Part shown: in pieces, positions 39,030 to 49,297 of the stretch
Layout: each line of letters opens with the position of its first letter
Numbering within the stretch: the stretch's first letter is position 1
From: a virus
Lineage: Duplodnaviria; Caudoviricetes
Strand: one strand, 5' to 3'
DNA length: 63,616 nt
IMG/VR virus record: IMGVR_UViG_3300011114_000226
Span: 1-63,616 of that record
Position numbers and translations under genes: made by a program
The notes under the pieces: model-generated
What the model was told of the DNA's origin: nothing
Seen by the model: only the letters and a program-made list of their open reading frames with translations
Databases searched by the model: none

Positions 39030-39313
39030 TCAATCTCCTTTACTAGAGCTAATAGTGCCTCTATATTATCCTCATTTACCACGATTGCCAAGCCCTGATT
39101 GCGTTGTATCTCTTTTATGTTGTGTTTTTGCAACAACGTAGTTTCGTTCTTTCCGGCTTTACATTCGATACCAATGAACTTTCCTTTATAGCAAGCGATG
39201 ATATCCGGCACACCACTCCTACCAAATCCCCCACTCATCGGGGAAAAGTGATATGCGCCAATGTCATCTAATATCTTCTTAACTTGCTTTTTAACTTTGG
39301 CTTCGGGTTTCAT
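39026..39313 (-). CDS. VRR-NUC domain nuclease
   Basis: PEAKVK...SGVPDII...FIGIECKA...LQ. Confidence 0.85.
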   Translation of the reverse strand: MKPEAKVKKQVKKILDDIGAYHFSPMSGGFGRSGVPDIIACYKGKFIGIECKAGKNETTLLQKHNIKEIQRNQGLAIVVNEDNIEALLALVKEIE

Positions 39314-42209
39314 ATGGTAGGTATGATGTTAAGTTCTGATTGACTCGATGTCCATATGCTACCGGCTTCGTTACCTTCATCGTCACTCATAGCGACTATC
39401 CAATGACCATCTTCAAACTCAATAACAACGCCATTCTTAGTCCATGCTAAGTCCTCAGTCTCCCTATCGTTTAGGTATCTTACACGTCGAATGGTTTTAC
39501 CGACGAGAAAGTTACTTGCTAGGTTACCCCAATGTTCTCTGAGTTCTGCTTTGCTTTGTTCAACTAGTTCTTTGTTTTCTTCCATCTTGTTTCTCCTTTT
39601 TAAATCTTTCTGCGCCTGTGGTTATCATGCGAGCGTATGCACTTGCGTCTTCCAACGCACTATCTTCAAATAGTGATTGCTCTTGTATTGCGTATTCCAA
39701 GTCTTGATCAATCGTCACATTTACCTCCGATACATGCACGCGCGATGATTTCATTTTCTATATCGTTGTATGCGTCTGCTTGCACAAGGTGATCTGCGTA
39801 TTTCTTTTGTCTGTCGTATAAACTATGCTCAACTTCCGTTGCATATGCTTTGACAACCATGCCCTTTTCTCGTAACGGCTCGGCGATAATGGTGGTGACG
39901 TGATCACTTGGTTCTACACCCCATGTCTTTACTTCTTCATACTTTGTTTCTTCCATGCTTACTTCGACTACTACGCTAAACTTAATCATACTTCCTCCTT
40001 AATGTATTGCATCTCTGTTCATGTGCCTATCTAAAATCTGATCTAACTCTTTTTTCATTTCGATAAGTTTGATAGCCCTTTGCTGACATTCTTGCACCTC
40101 GCCTATCGACATGTTCCTTGCTATCTCTAGTGCTAACTTAGTAGATTCGTCAGACTCGGCATCACTTGGTGCCACGACTGCTCTTACCATAGCTTCTACT
40201 AATGCATCTTCTTTAGTCGTAATCATCTTATCACCATCACAAGTAAAAGAAACAAGTTAATACCAAGTGAAACAACCGCACAAGTTCTTAGTCGTCTGTA
40301 ATGTTCTTTGTTAATTGGTGTGTATTCGCTCATGTAAATTTCTCTATCATAATCCATGCTACTCATCATTCTATGTTTTGGTCTTTGGCTCATTTCTTAT
40401 CTCCACTAATTAAGTTAATGATCTCTGCTTTTGCTTGTTCTTTGCCATCTGCTAATCCTAGTTCGTATGCTTCATCAACAAAGTATCTAATCTCGTTAAA
40501 CTCTTTGTCGTATCGTTCTGCCATTCCTTTTTGCACTTCTTCCATAATTTTAGTTGTCGCCATTCTTTTTCTCCTCAAAGTTTTTTAATGATTGCATATA
40601 CTGATTTGTTGCAAAGTTAATACCTCTTACAATACCTAGTCGCATCGCATCATAAAACATCTTGGCATCTTTCTCTGACCTTGTTCTATTATGCGTCTCA
40701 ACATACTCGTAATACTCAGCTACCGCTACTTCTATAATGTCTTCCTCAAACTTGCGTTTCTTTTCTTCGTTGATCTGATGTTGTGTCATTTAAAAATCCT
40801 CCTTACTCCGTCAAAGATACCTAGTAAATCATTAGGTTTTAAATCGTCCTTGTTGAATGCAAACGGCGTCTTCCTGCCATTCGTGTGTATGACATAGCCT
40901 GTCACTACTACTTGTTCTACTATGTATTGCTTTTCTTTTTTAGTAGTCACCATCGGGGTCTCCATATTTCTGTGCTTGGTGTTCTAGTATATCACGGTTG
41001 TATTCATACTCAACCTCATCTAAGAATCCCTCGATGTCACTGCCCGCTTGTCTAAATGCTTCCGGTAGTGCTATCTCTTCTATTCTGCCGTCTTCCCATT
41101 TAACCCCAATCCACCATGATTTAATGCGTACAGGTTCTTGTGGTTCGGGTGGGTCTAAGTCTCTTTCTAAATCGCTCATGTTGTTTCCCTTTCAAAGTAG
41201 TTCATACATTGTTCGTAGATACCATTAAATAAGTCTTGTCCGTATTCTGTATTACTTGTGTTGCCATCTTCGTCATCTTGGATACACTTATGTTCTATGT
41301 CTAAAATAAATAATACATCATCATAGATTGCTTCTGCTAACTCACCCGCTTTTTCATTAGGTGAATTGTCTATCATTTCTGTGCCGTTAATAAGTTTCAT
41401 GTTGACGCCCCTTTTACTCGTTTGTCTATGTAAGATAATTCTTTTTCATAGTCCTTTATTTCTTTGCCTGTTAAAAAATGGTTCTCGCCACAACAACTGC
41501 CTTTCCACTCGGGCACTTCATCATAGCAATAAACACAATACGTCACGCCGTCATCTAAATCGTCAAACTCGGTTTCAACTGCGGGTTCAAACTTCTCTGC
41601 CGTCCATTCTTTACTCATTCTTTGTCCTCCTCAATTTCAAATCCGCCTAACCATTTTGGGGTTTTGTTATCTTCTAACTCCTCGTAAAAATCTAATTGCA
41701 AGTTCACGTTGTTTGTGCTTAGTTCTTCTATGATATCGCTTAGCTCTTCCTCATTCTCCGCTTTGATTTCTACGTCTTGCCATGCGTTATAAAACACTCT
41801 TACTTTATATTTCTTTTTCATACTGCCTCCTCTTTAATATCTTCCATTCCCACATGCTCTATTTGAAAATCTCGATAGTCTTCGGGTTCTAAGTATGACA
41901 TGCGTTCATAAAATTCTTTCATGGCTTCCTCTTGTGTTTCTGCTTCAATGTCCGTTTGATATATGGCTCTTTCGCTCGCTGTTATAGTGAATCGTTTCAT
42001 CTGACTTCCTCCTCTATATATTCAACCTCAATCACCGCTAGTCCAAATTCATGGCGTGCTTTTTCCATTGCATGCTCTTCGTTCTTAGCATGAATTAAAC
42101 CTAGTCGCCTTCCCTTTTTATCTAGTGCCTCATACCATAACTCTGTCATATACCCTCCGTATAATTGTGTTGTCACTCTGTTAATCTCATTAAATAAGTT
42201 CATGCTCAA
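39310..42209 (-). other. Cluster of about 14 small, mostly acidic hypothetical early/middle genes
   Basis: Tightly coupled - strand ORFs of 55-95 aa, many with GGAG(G)-type RBS; includes untracked ORFs 40223-40393 and 40786-40953. Confidence 0.6.
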
Positions 42210-42236
42210 CCTCCCTTTGTGTTTACCTCGTTAATC

Positions 42237-42292
42237 AATATACGCTTGCGTTTTTATCATGTCAAGTATTATTTACTAATTAATTTTATGGG
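42237..42292 (-). promoter_or_regulatory. Strong sigma70 promoter with AT-rich UP element
   Basis: TTGACA-N17-TATATT; upstream AAAATTAATTAGTAAATAATA is nearly identical to the upstream element of the 45530 promoter. Confidence 0.8.
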
Positions 42293-42421
42293 GGTTTTGA
42301 TAAGCGCTAAGTCTCGCCCTCGCCTTCCCTCTAGGTTTAAACCCCGCTCGCTATGCCTCTTCCCTCGCCCGCCTTCTTTAACCACTGGTTTCAAATTCTT
42401 TTTAAGCCTCGCCCGCCAAAT

Positions 42422-42457
42422 AAAAAAAGAGGGCATGGGGTTTTAATCCATGCCCTT
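42422..42457 (-). terminator. Rho-independent terminator of the earliest operon
   Basis: AGGGCATGG-loop-CCATGCCCT followed by a T run on the - strand. Confidence 0.8.
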
Positions 42458-42506
42458 GAGATGTCACTAAGTGACAGGGTAAACTAATTTATAAAGCTCG
42501 ATCATA

Positions 42507-43193
42507 CTATGCAATCACAAAACCCGTTTTGTCTTGTCGCGCCTTGCCCTTAGCTTTCAATCCTACAATTATATTCTTATCCTCTATAAATCTAGCGTCG
42601 TGATCGTCGCCGTTGATAACAGGGCGCCCCTCAAATTCAACCGGTAAGATTTTAAACACCGTCGCCACGCGCATGTTATTACTTAGCGCTTGCCTATTAA
42701 ACTTAATGAAGGATTGTACCCCGCTATATGAAAAAGTAAGATCATAATTATCCGGTAAGTTTTTCCTATTCGGGTTTTTGGTATAGTCATAAAATTGTAG
42801 CTCGGGAAAAAGCTCGAATATATTAAACTCACCTAGCATAATCTTTTCCCATTCGATGTCACTCGTTCCATTAAGTCGAACCACGGCTTGCATGTTTTTC
42901 TTTTTTGCTTGCGCTTTTAACTTGTGAATATCCTCGATCAATTGAGCCATAAACTCGCCCCTGTTATCGTTGAATAGTTTTGCTTTCCTCAACCTCGCGC
43001 TTTTAACGTTGCTAAAATTGCCCCGCCCCGCCGTATTAAGACAGGCAACGTGACACTCGGCGACCTTAGCAAAGGGGCAAAGGTTTACCCCGCTTAAATC
43101 ATAGGGCGCTAGGTATAAAATACCCGTTAAGAATCCCGCCTTATTACTTTTAATTGTTTTGGTGTCACTGTTTACGCTTAATAATTTATACAT
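42507..43193 (-). CDS. Gp88-like Cys-cluster phage protein
   Basis: LYLAP...CPFA...C...CLNTAGRG, RLNGTSDI, FYDYTK, GDDHDARF, GLKAKG. Confidence 0.7.
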   Translation of the reverse strand: MYKLLSVNSDTKTIKSNKAGFLTGILYLAPYDLSGVNLCPFAKVAECHVACLNTAGRGNFSNVKSARLRKAKLFNDNRGEFMAQLIEDIHKLKAQAKKKNMQAVVRLNGTSDIEWEKIMLGEFNIFELFPELQFYDYTKNPNRKNLPDNYDLTFSYSGVQSFIKFNRQALSNNMRVATVFKILPVEFEGRPVINGDDHDARFIEDKNIIVGLKAKGKARQDKTGFVIA

Positions 43194-44474
43194 GATTCAC
43201 CCCTTAAAATTTTCTCATATGGTTTTATCTCGTTTAATAGCTCGTCTTTGAATAGATCGTCTTGAATTTTTAATTTAATTCTTATCTTATTTATTTTTCT
43301 TTTAAGGCTTTTCGGCATGAGTGCTTTTAATATCTCGTCCGCTAGTTTTTCTTTTTTCATTTTATAAATACCCCTCTAAACCCGCGTCGACCATTTGCCA
43401 TACCGCGTCGCTTATGTTTTTATAAGTTTCAATTTCCTTATCGGTTATGAATCCTCGGTCGCCCTTTTCGGCATAGTCACCTTGAACCACGATCCTATCA
43501 CCCGCCCACGTTCCTATTAGTTCATGATCTCGAAAATCACCCCCGCCCCGCCCGTTGCTATTTGCTACTAACATAAAAAGCGCGGTCGTCGACGTTTTCG
43601 TGCCGACTTGTTCGGCGAGCTTTAAAAAGTCCGCTCTAAAATATTCTTTTTTATCTATGTTATATACTTTATGATATTGACCCATGTTATTCACCCCTTT
43701 TAAAATATTGGTGTTTTTCTATCCATTGCCCCTCTATTGGTAAATGCAATGATTCTTTTTCTTTTTCGGTAAATTTATCCGCTTGCTGTAAGTCGTCGAC
43801 CCATCCAATATCGTTTGACCATAATAAGTCGTTATCACTTTGCGCCTGTATAATATAAATGTTTTCCATGCTATGCCCCTTGTAATTAAGATAACTCAGT
43901 TAAAAAAGCCTCAAGTTCGCGCCCGTGGTTATCAGATAATAAAACTATTTGATCGGTTATAAACTCGCGTATTACATAATAGCCCGTGGATATATTGTTA
44001 TCGATATCCTTATAAAAAACCTCGTCGCCTTGAAAATATTCCATTATAAATACCCCCCGTTTTTGCTTAGCTCTTCCGCTAAGTTACCACCTATTATTGA
44101 TTTTATTGAGCCTCGCCCTGTAATATGCCCTAGGTTATTTTCTAACGCTATCCAGTTTTCGCCCCATGATATCTCTATTAATGGGTAACCCTGTTTAATT
44201 GCCTCAATTGCGCACTTTTTAACTTGCGCGTAACTCGGTTTTTTACCTTCAAAATAATATTCAAATAACATAATTACACCCCCCTTTTATTAATAAATTT
44301 AATCAATCTTAAATAAAACTTTTTCGCCCTCGCGTGCCGTGATTCAAAAAATAAACTATATAAATAGGTTACGCGCTCAAAATTATTTTGCATGAATGCT
44401 AAGTCCTTATAAATTGCCCCGTCCCGTTTCATGTAATGAGTATAAAAAATGTTATTCATGCTCGACCCCCTCAA
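43178..44474 (-). other. Small early hypothetical genes: 43178-43360, 43362-43685, 43687-43869, 43886-44044 (untracked, 52 aa), 44044-44271, 44274-44459
   Basis: Coupled ORFs, each preceded by a GGGG-type RBS. Confidence 0.6.
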
Positions 44475-45306
44475 CGTTTAATAAATAATTCACGGCTTTT
44501 TGAGCTTTCGCGCTTGCGCTTATAATGAATTTTTTGTCGCCCCTTAGCGCTTTAATCCATGAATCAATGTAACTCGCATGCTGTAATTGAGCATTAATGC
44601 CGTTATACGCGCAAAGCATTGAGGCGCCTAGCTCGGCGATAAGCTCTTCAAAGGCGTAACCCTCGGACCCGAACGAATCATTTTTTAAACGTGCTAAGCG
44701 TTTTTCCGATCCTGTATAATGTATTAATTCATGATAAGCGGTCGCGTAATAATCCGCGCTAGTATTAAATGATTCTTTTTCGGGCAGGTTTATTTGATCG
44801 AGTGAAGGTATATAACATGCGCGCCCCCCGCCGTGTTTTATCGTTGCCCGTGTATTTTTAATGAATGCCTCGCATGATTCTAAAACCTCGAATTCGGGCT
44901 TGATCTCTTTTACTTGATCGGGTAACCCGTCGACCGCGTCCCTATTGAATACAGTATAACTTTTTAACATAGGTATTTTTTTGAGGTCACCCGTCGACTT
45001 GTCTTTTATCTCGAGGGGCTTATAAAATATGACGTTGACGCCTTTCGAACCCTTGCGAACTTGCGCGCCTAGGTTCTGAGCTTGCTTATATGTCAACCAT
45101 TCATTCGAGGCGCCGAACTCGCCCGTTGATTGTAATAAACTAAGATAGAAAAAATTAACGCCGTTATAAATATTTTTAGTGACTGGATTAAACGGTAAGC
45201 CCTCGCCCGCCTTCCATGGTTTCACCCACGGCGCCACGCCCTTTTCTAACTCAGTTAAAATTCTATTTGTTATATTTTGCGCGATATCATTATTTAATTG
45301 ATTCAT
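44452..45306 (-). CDS. ardC: ArdC-like antirestriction ssDNA-binding protein
   Basis: PWVKPW, YNGVN, WLTYKQAQ..G.QVRKG.KG, YTVFN, HELIHYTG, YAFEELIAELG, HASYIDSW. Confidence 0.88.
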   Translation of the reverse strand: MNQLNNDIAQNITNRILTELEKGVAPWVKPWKAGEGLPFNPVTKNIYNGVNFFYLSLLQSTGEFGASNEWLTYKQAQNLGAQVRKGSKGVNVIFYKPLEIKDKSTGDLKKIPMLKSYTVFNRDAVDGLPDQVKEIKPEFEVLESCEAFIKNTRATIKHGGGRACYIPSLDQINLPEKESFNTSADYYATAYHELIHYTGSEKRLARLKNDSFGSEGYAFEELIAELGASMLCAYNGINAQLQHASYIDSWIKALRGDKKFIISASAKAQKAVNYLLNVEGVEHE

Positions 45307-45317
45307 GTTTTTACCCC

Positions 45318-45470
45318 TTAATAGATATTATGTAATTCAAAAAATATGGCATTGCTATGATTAAAGCCCTGTAATTGAGCTAACTTAACTAAGTCATCAA
45401 AATGCCTCTCAATAAACCATTCGCTAAAATAGTCATCATTGGTTATTAATTTATTTATATTCCAGTCCAT
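45318..45470 (-). CDS. Hypothetical early protein, 50 aa (untracked)
   Basis: MDWNINKLIT...; AAGGGG RBS; first ORF after the promoter. Confidence 0.55.
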   Translation of the reverse strand: MDWNINKLITNDDYFSEWFIERHFDDLVKLAQLQGFNHSNAIFFELHNIY

Positions 45471-45529
45471 TTTTTTACCCCTTTTTATAGTTTTATTTTA
45501 AAAACCCCGTGTTTACAGGGTTATCGCTC

Positions 45530-45590
45530 AATATACGCTCATTTTTTAAATATGTAAACTATTATTTTACTAATTAATTTTAAGGGGGGT
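45530..45590 (-). promoter_or_regulatory. Sigma70 early promoter with UP element
   Basis: TTTACA-N17-TATATT; UP element shared with the 42237 promoter. Confidence 0.75.
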
Positions 45591-45608
45591 TATATATAAG
45601 GTATATGT

Positions 45609-45638
45609 AAAAACAAAAAAGGGCGTAATTAAACGCCC
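45609..45638 (-). terminator. Rho-independent terminator
   Basis: GGGCGT-TTAATT-ACGCCC followed by TTTTTTGTTTTT. Confidence 0.7.
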
Positions 45639-45663
45639 CGTAATACTTGATTAAAATACTAGG

Positions 45664-45768
45664 TTAAAACTTATTAAAATGAAAATGTAAGATCGATAAC
45701 ACTGTAATAATGTTAACCAATTGAAACGCTATAAAACCATAGATAAAAGCTTTTTGTTTTTTTGTCAT
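45664..45768 (-). CDS. 34-aa membrane peptide (untracked)
   Basis: MTKKQKAFIYGFIAFQLVNIITVLSILHFHFNKF, followed by its own terminator. Confidence 0.45.
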   Translation of the reverse strand: MTKKQKAFIYGFIAFQLVNIITVLSILHFHFNKF

Positions 45769-45862
45769 GCTATATATACCTCGATAAGTTAAAAAAGTAA
45801 AACTAAGTATTACAATCTTATAAACGTATGAAAAACGAAAATGTAAGACTTATTTTAAAAAA

Positions 45863-46357
45863 TGTTACAGGTTTTTAGTAAACTTAGCGGGTTTTATCGT
45901 GTAAGTCATTGTTTTATAACGTGTTACAGGTGTTACACTATTTCACTTTACTAATAAACACAAAAAACGACGGTTTTAAGCGGGGCTAGGTTTTACTAAG
46001 TTATTGTTTTATATATATAATATATTTTATTATTATTAATTAATTAATGCATAAAATGCAAAATGTTACATGTTACAGGGTTTTAAAATTATATAGCGGG
46101 TTGTTTTTTCTATCGGTTACATTGCGCAAAGAGGGGTCGCGTCGACTTAGTTCTTACCGAGTTTTACAGGGGGGCATACTATGTTTTTACTTGTAACATT
46201 GTAACGCGGGGTTATTACTTAGTTAAAACAAAGTCATAGGCGCGTTACAATCAAGCGTTACATTAATAAACCTTGTAACATCGTTGATTATTAAGCTTTA
46301 TTTTGTTTACTAGGTTTCAAGCAAAGTTTACTAGGTTATAACCCTGTTTTTACTAGG
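45863..46357. repeat. Iteron-like GTTACA array around an AT-rich core, plus three TTTACTAGG copies; candidate origin or packaging region
   Basis: About 11 copies of GTTACA/TGTAAC in both orientations in non-coding DNA at the strand switch. Confidence 0.65.
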
Positions 46358-46570
46358 GATACCCCGCCCCGACCCCCCAAAACCAAGTTGGGACTCCGCT
46401 CGACTTCGTTACACTTTGATCTGCACAAACAATCTGCAAAAAAGTCCAAATCTCAAACCCACCCCCTATGAAAAATAAAGGGTCAATCAAAAAATTTCTA
46501 TAAAAAAATTAGTCAAATATCGTATGTAAAGTTTCATTCAAAGGAAGGGAAAGGGTAGAACGAATGAAAA

Positions 46571-46915
46571 CTAAATAGCTTTAGGATCGAAGTTATATAA
46601 CTCGGAGTAAACGTCTTTAATACGTAGGAACTTCTCGCCGTGTTGATCAAAGTCATCGTCGCCCTTATAGTACAGGTGCAAATGGATCATTTCGTGGAGA
46701 AGCGTTTGGAAAATGGTGATAAAGTGACCACAAGAACCAGAACTTATTTCAATAGCCATCTCTACTTCGTCAAAACAGCCATATATAGTAGGGTTCTTAA
46801 TGACTCGGAACTTGACTTTGTTAGACTTAGGCATCTTTAGGGTGTTAAAAGGGGGTAGCTGGCATGCCATGTTGTACAAAATCTCTAGGTTCTTAGAGGT
46901 TAACGTGGTTTTCAT
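46571..46915 (-). CDS. SprT-like zinc metalloprotease
   Basis: TLLHEMIHL...HGEKF. Confidence 0.75.
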   Translation of the reverse strand: MKTTLTSKNLEILYNMACQLPPFNTLKMPKSNKVKFRVIKNPTIYGCFDEVEMAIEISSGSCGHFITIFQTLLHEMIHLHLYYKGDDDFDQHGEKFLRIKDVYSELYNFDPKAI

Positions 46916-47053
46916 CAGAAAGTCCAGGTTAAAACAACAAGGGCTAAGTTAGGCTGAGTAAAAAGAAGGGTTATCATGGTAGTATTTTACCAAAAACTAG
47001 GTTAGAATAGTCAAATTAGCTGCAATTAATTCCAAAAGGTGTAACAGCGACAC

Positions 47054-47752
47054 ATGAATCAAGAAAATATCCAAGTAGATCAAGGACATAACTCACCTTC
47101 CGATGTGGTTATTATTCCGTACATAGAAGAAAACGTTCCTTTACCCCGAAATTCCCACGAAGCACTACCTAGTATGACTAATGAGAAGGAAGTTATGGTC
47201 AGAGCGACAACAATTAAGGAACTTAGTGACTTAACTGGCGAAGAAATTGCGCCAGATGCAAAACATAGGCTGGACGCAGAAGAAATTGCGCGGGATATGG
47301 TCACAAATCCACAGAAAAAGCAAGAATTTATAAATTACGCAAATGAAACGATGGCATACTTAGGTGGCATGGTGGGAACCTATAACCATATGATCGTGAA
47401 TGACCTAGCAGAGTTAAAGTTATACGTGGTTAATAAGTTGGTCGAGATAGTACAAGATGAAGAGAGTAATCGCAAAGAACAAATCACAGCACTTCGTTCT
47501 ATCGGAGAAGTAGACGGCGTTGATGCATTCAAGAAAAAGACAGAAGTCCTACATAAGGTTGAGAGTATTGATGAAGTTGAGAAAGAACTGATTAAACTGT
47601 TGAATGAATTTAAATCTCAAGGGCTCATAAAAGCAGATCCTCAAACGATAGACGCAGAACTAGTTGAAGAGCCTGTTATAGAAGAGGTAAAAGAAAAATC
47701 ATTTGACGAGATTGTACAAGAAGCGGTAGATGGAAGTACAACAGGAGACTAA
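47054..47752 (+). CDS. Putative terminase small subunit
   Basis: Directly upstream of and overlapping TerL; ALRSIGEVDGVDAF motif. Confidence 0.55.
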   Translation: MNQENIQVDQGHNSPSDVVIIPYIEENVPLPRNSHEALPSMTNEKEVMVRATTIKELSDLTGEEIAPDAKHRLDAEEIARDMVTNPQKKQEFINYANETMAYLGGMVGTYNHMIVNDLAELKLYVVNKLVEIVQDEESNRKEQITALRSIGEVDGVDAFKKKTEVLHKVESIDEVEKELIKLLNEFKSQGLIKADPQTIDAELVEEPVIEEVKEKSFDEIVQEAVDGSTTGD

Positions 47753-49286
47753 GGGTGAGAAGTTAACTCCCGCGATGGTGGCAGAGTTAATGAAAGCGGT
47801 TCCGACCATGTCGCCGGAGCTGAAGCGTAGTACACTAGAGAAGATAAGAGTATTTAAAAAGAACTGGGTACAAGATCACGGCAAGGATAACTTTTTAGAT
47901 TTCATTGCACACGTCTACCCAGGCTACATGGTAGGAGCACATCATAGAAAACTGGCACAGATATTTGAAGACATTGCTGCGGGAAAAAAGAAACGCGTTA
48001 TTGTTAACATCGCTCCGCGACATGGGAAGTCAGAGCTTATTTCTTACTTGGCACCGGCATGGTTTTTGGGTAAGTATCCACACAAGAAAGTTATTATGGC
48101 ATCTCATACTGCTGACTTGGCAGTTAACTTTGGTCGCCGTGTCCGTAACCTTGTGGGTAGTGACGCTTACAAGGATATCTTCCCACAGGTAGAACTACAG
48201 GCTGACTCAAAGTCTGCGTCACGATGGGGAACAAACTTTAATGGGGAATATTTTGCTATTGGTGTTGGTGGTGCCCTCGCTGGTCGTGGGGCTGATTTGT
48301 TTATCATTGATGATCCACATTCCGAGCAGGACGCCAAGTTGGGACGATCGGATGTTTTTCTGCCTGCTTGGGAGTGGTTTCAGTCTGGTCCATTACAACG
48401 TCTTATGCCTGGCGGTGCGATTATTGTAGTGATGACGCGGTGGTCTAAGCTAGACTTGACAGGTCAGATTGTGAACCAGATGGTTAAGAATGACGAAGTA
48501 GATAACTGGGAAGTGGTAGAGTTTCCGGCAATCATAGAAGACAAACATGGTGAGATGAAACCGTTGTGGTCAGAGTTCTGGAGTTTAGAAGAGTTATTAA
48601 GTAAGAAGGCAGCGTTAGATGTACGGTACTGGAATTCTCAGTACATGCAAAACCCAGTGTCAGAAGAGGGTGCCTTAATTAAAAGAGAGTGGTGGAAGAT
48701 ATGGGAGAAGGATGATCCGCCTCAATGTGAATTTACCATTATGTCTCTAGATGCCGCACAGGAAGCCAATACAAGAGCTGACTTTAACGCATTAACTATT
48801 TGGGGTGTATTTTTTAACGAAGAAACCAATAACTATAATATAATACTATTAAATAGTATTAAGCAACGACTAGAGTTCCCTGAGCTTAAAGAGCTTTGTA
48901 TACAAGAGTATAAAGAGTGGGAACCCGATGCATTCTTAGTGGAAAAGAAATCTAACGGTGCGGCGCTCTATCAAGAGTTTAGACGCATGGGCATTCCTGT
49001 CGGTGAGTTCACACCGGGTAAAGGGCAAGATAAAATAAGTCGAGTGAATGCAGTGTCAGACTTGTTTAGAAGTGGTATAGTGTGGGCTCCCGATAGACGA
49101 TGGGCTCATGAAGTAATTGAAGAGTGTAATGATTTTCCTAGTGGTGCGAATGATGACTTGGTTGATAGCACAACACTAGCATTGATGCGGTTTAGACAAG
49201 GTGGCTTTATACGTCTACCAAGTGATGAACCAGAAGATATACCAGGATTTAGAAGCAGTTCTCAAAAGAAATTATACGCGTTATAA
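47730..49286 (+). CDS. terL: Terminase large subunit
   Basis: APRHGKS Walker A, GRGADLFIIDDP, VMTRW, SLDAA, VEKKSNG, DDLVDS. Confidence 0.92.
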   Translation: MEVQQETKGEKLTPAMVAELMKAVPTMSPELKRSTLEKIRVFKKNWVQDHGKDNFLDFIAHVYPGYMVGAHHRKLAQIFEDIAAGKKKRVIVNIAPRHGKSELISYLAPAWFLGKYPHKKVIMASHTADLAVNFGRRVRNLVGSDAYKDIFPQVELQADSKSASRWGTNFNGEYFAIGVGGALAGRGADLFIIDDPHSEQDAKLGRSDVFLPAWEWFQSGPLQRLMPGGAIIVVMTRWSKLDLTGQIVNQMVKNDEVDNWEVVEFPAIIEDKHGEMKPLWSEFWSLEELLSKKAALDVRYWNSQYMQNPVSEEGALIKREWWKIWEKDDPPQCEFTIMSLDAAQEANTRADFNALTIWGVFFNEETNNYNIILLNSIKQRLEFPELKELCIQEYKEWEPDAFLVEKKSNGAALYQEFRRMGIPVGEFTPGKGQDKISRVNAVSDLFRSGIVWAPDRRWAHEVIEECNDFPSGANDDLVDSTTLALMRFRQGGFIRLPSDEPEDIPGFRSSSQKKLYAL

Positions 49287-49297
49287 GGAAATGAATT

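Noticed and set aside
42219-42446. + strand 75-aa ORF
   Set aside because: Runs antisense across a promoter and terminator, with a TTG start and no RBS
42507-43193. Cys-cluster protein as PqqE, or a complete phage pqq operon
   Set aside because: Cys spacing is not the radical-SAM CxxxCxxC, the protein resembles Gp88-like phage proteins, and no pqqB/C/D was recognised
45863-46357. CRISPR or mini-array
   Set aside because: Repeats are only 6-9 bp, irregularly spaced and in both orientations
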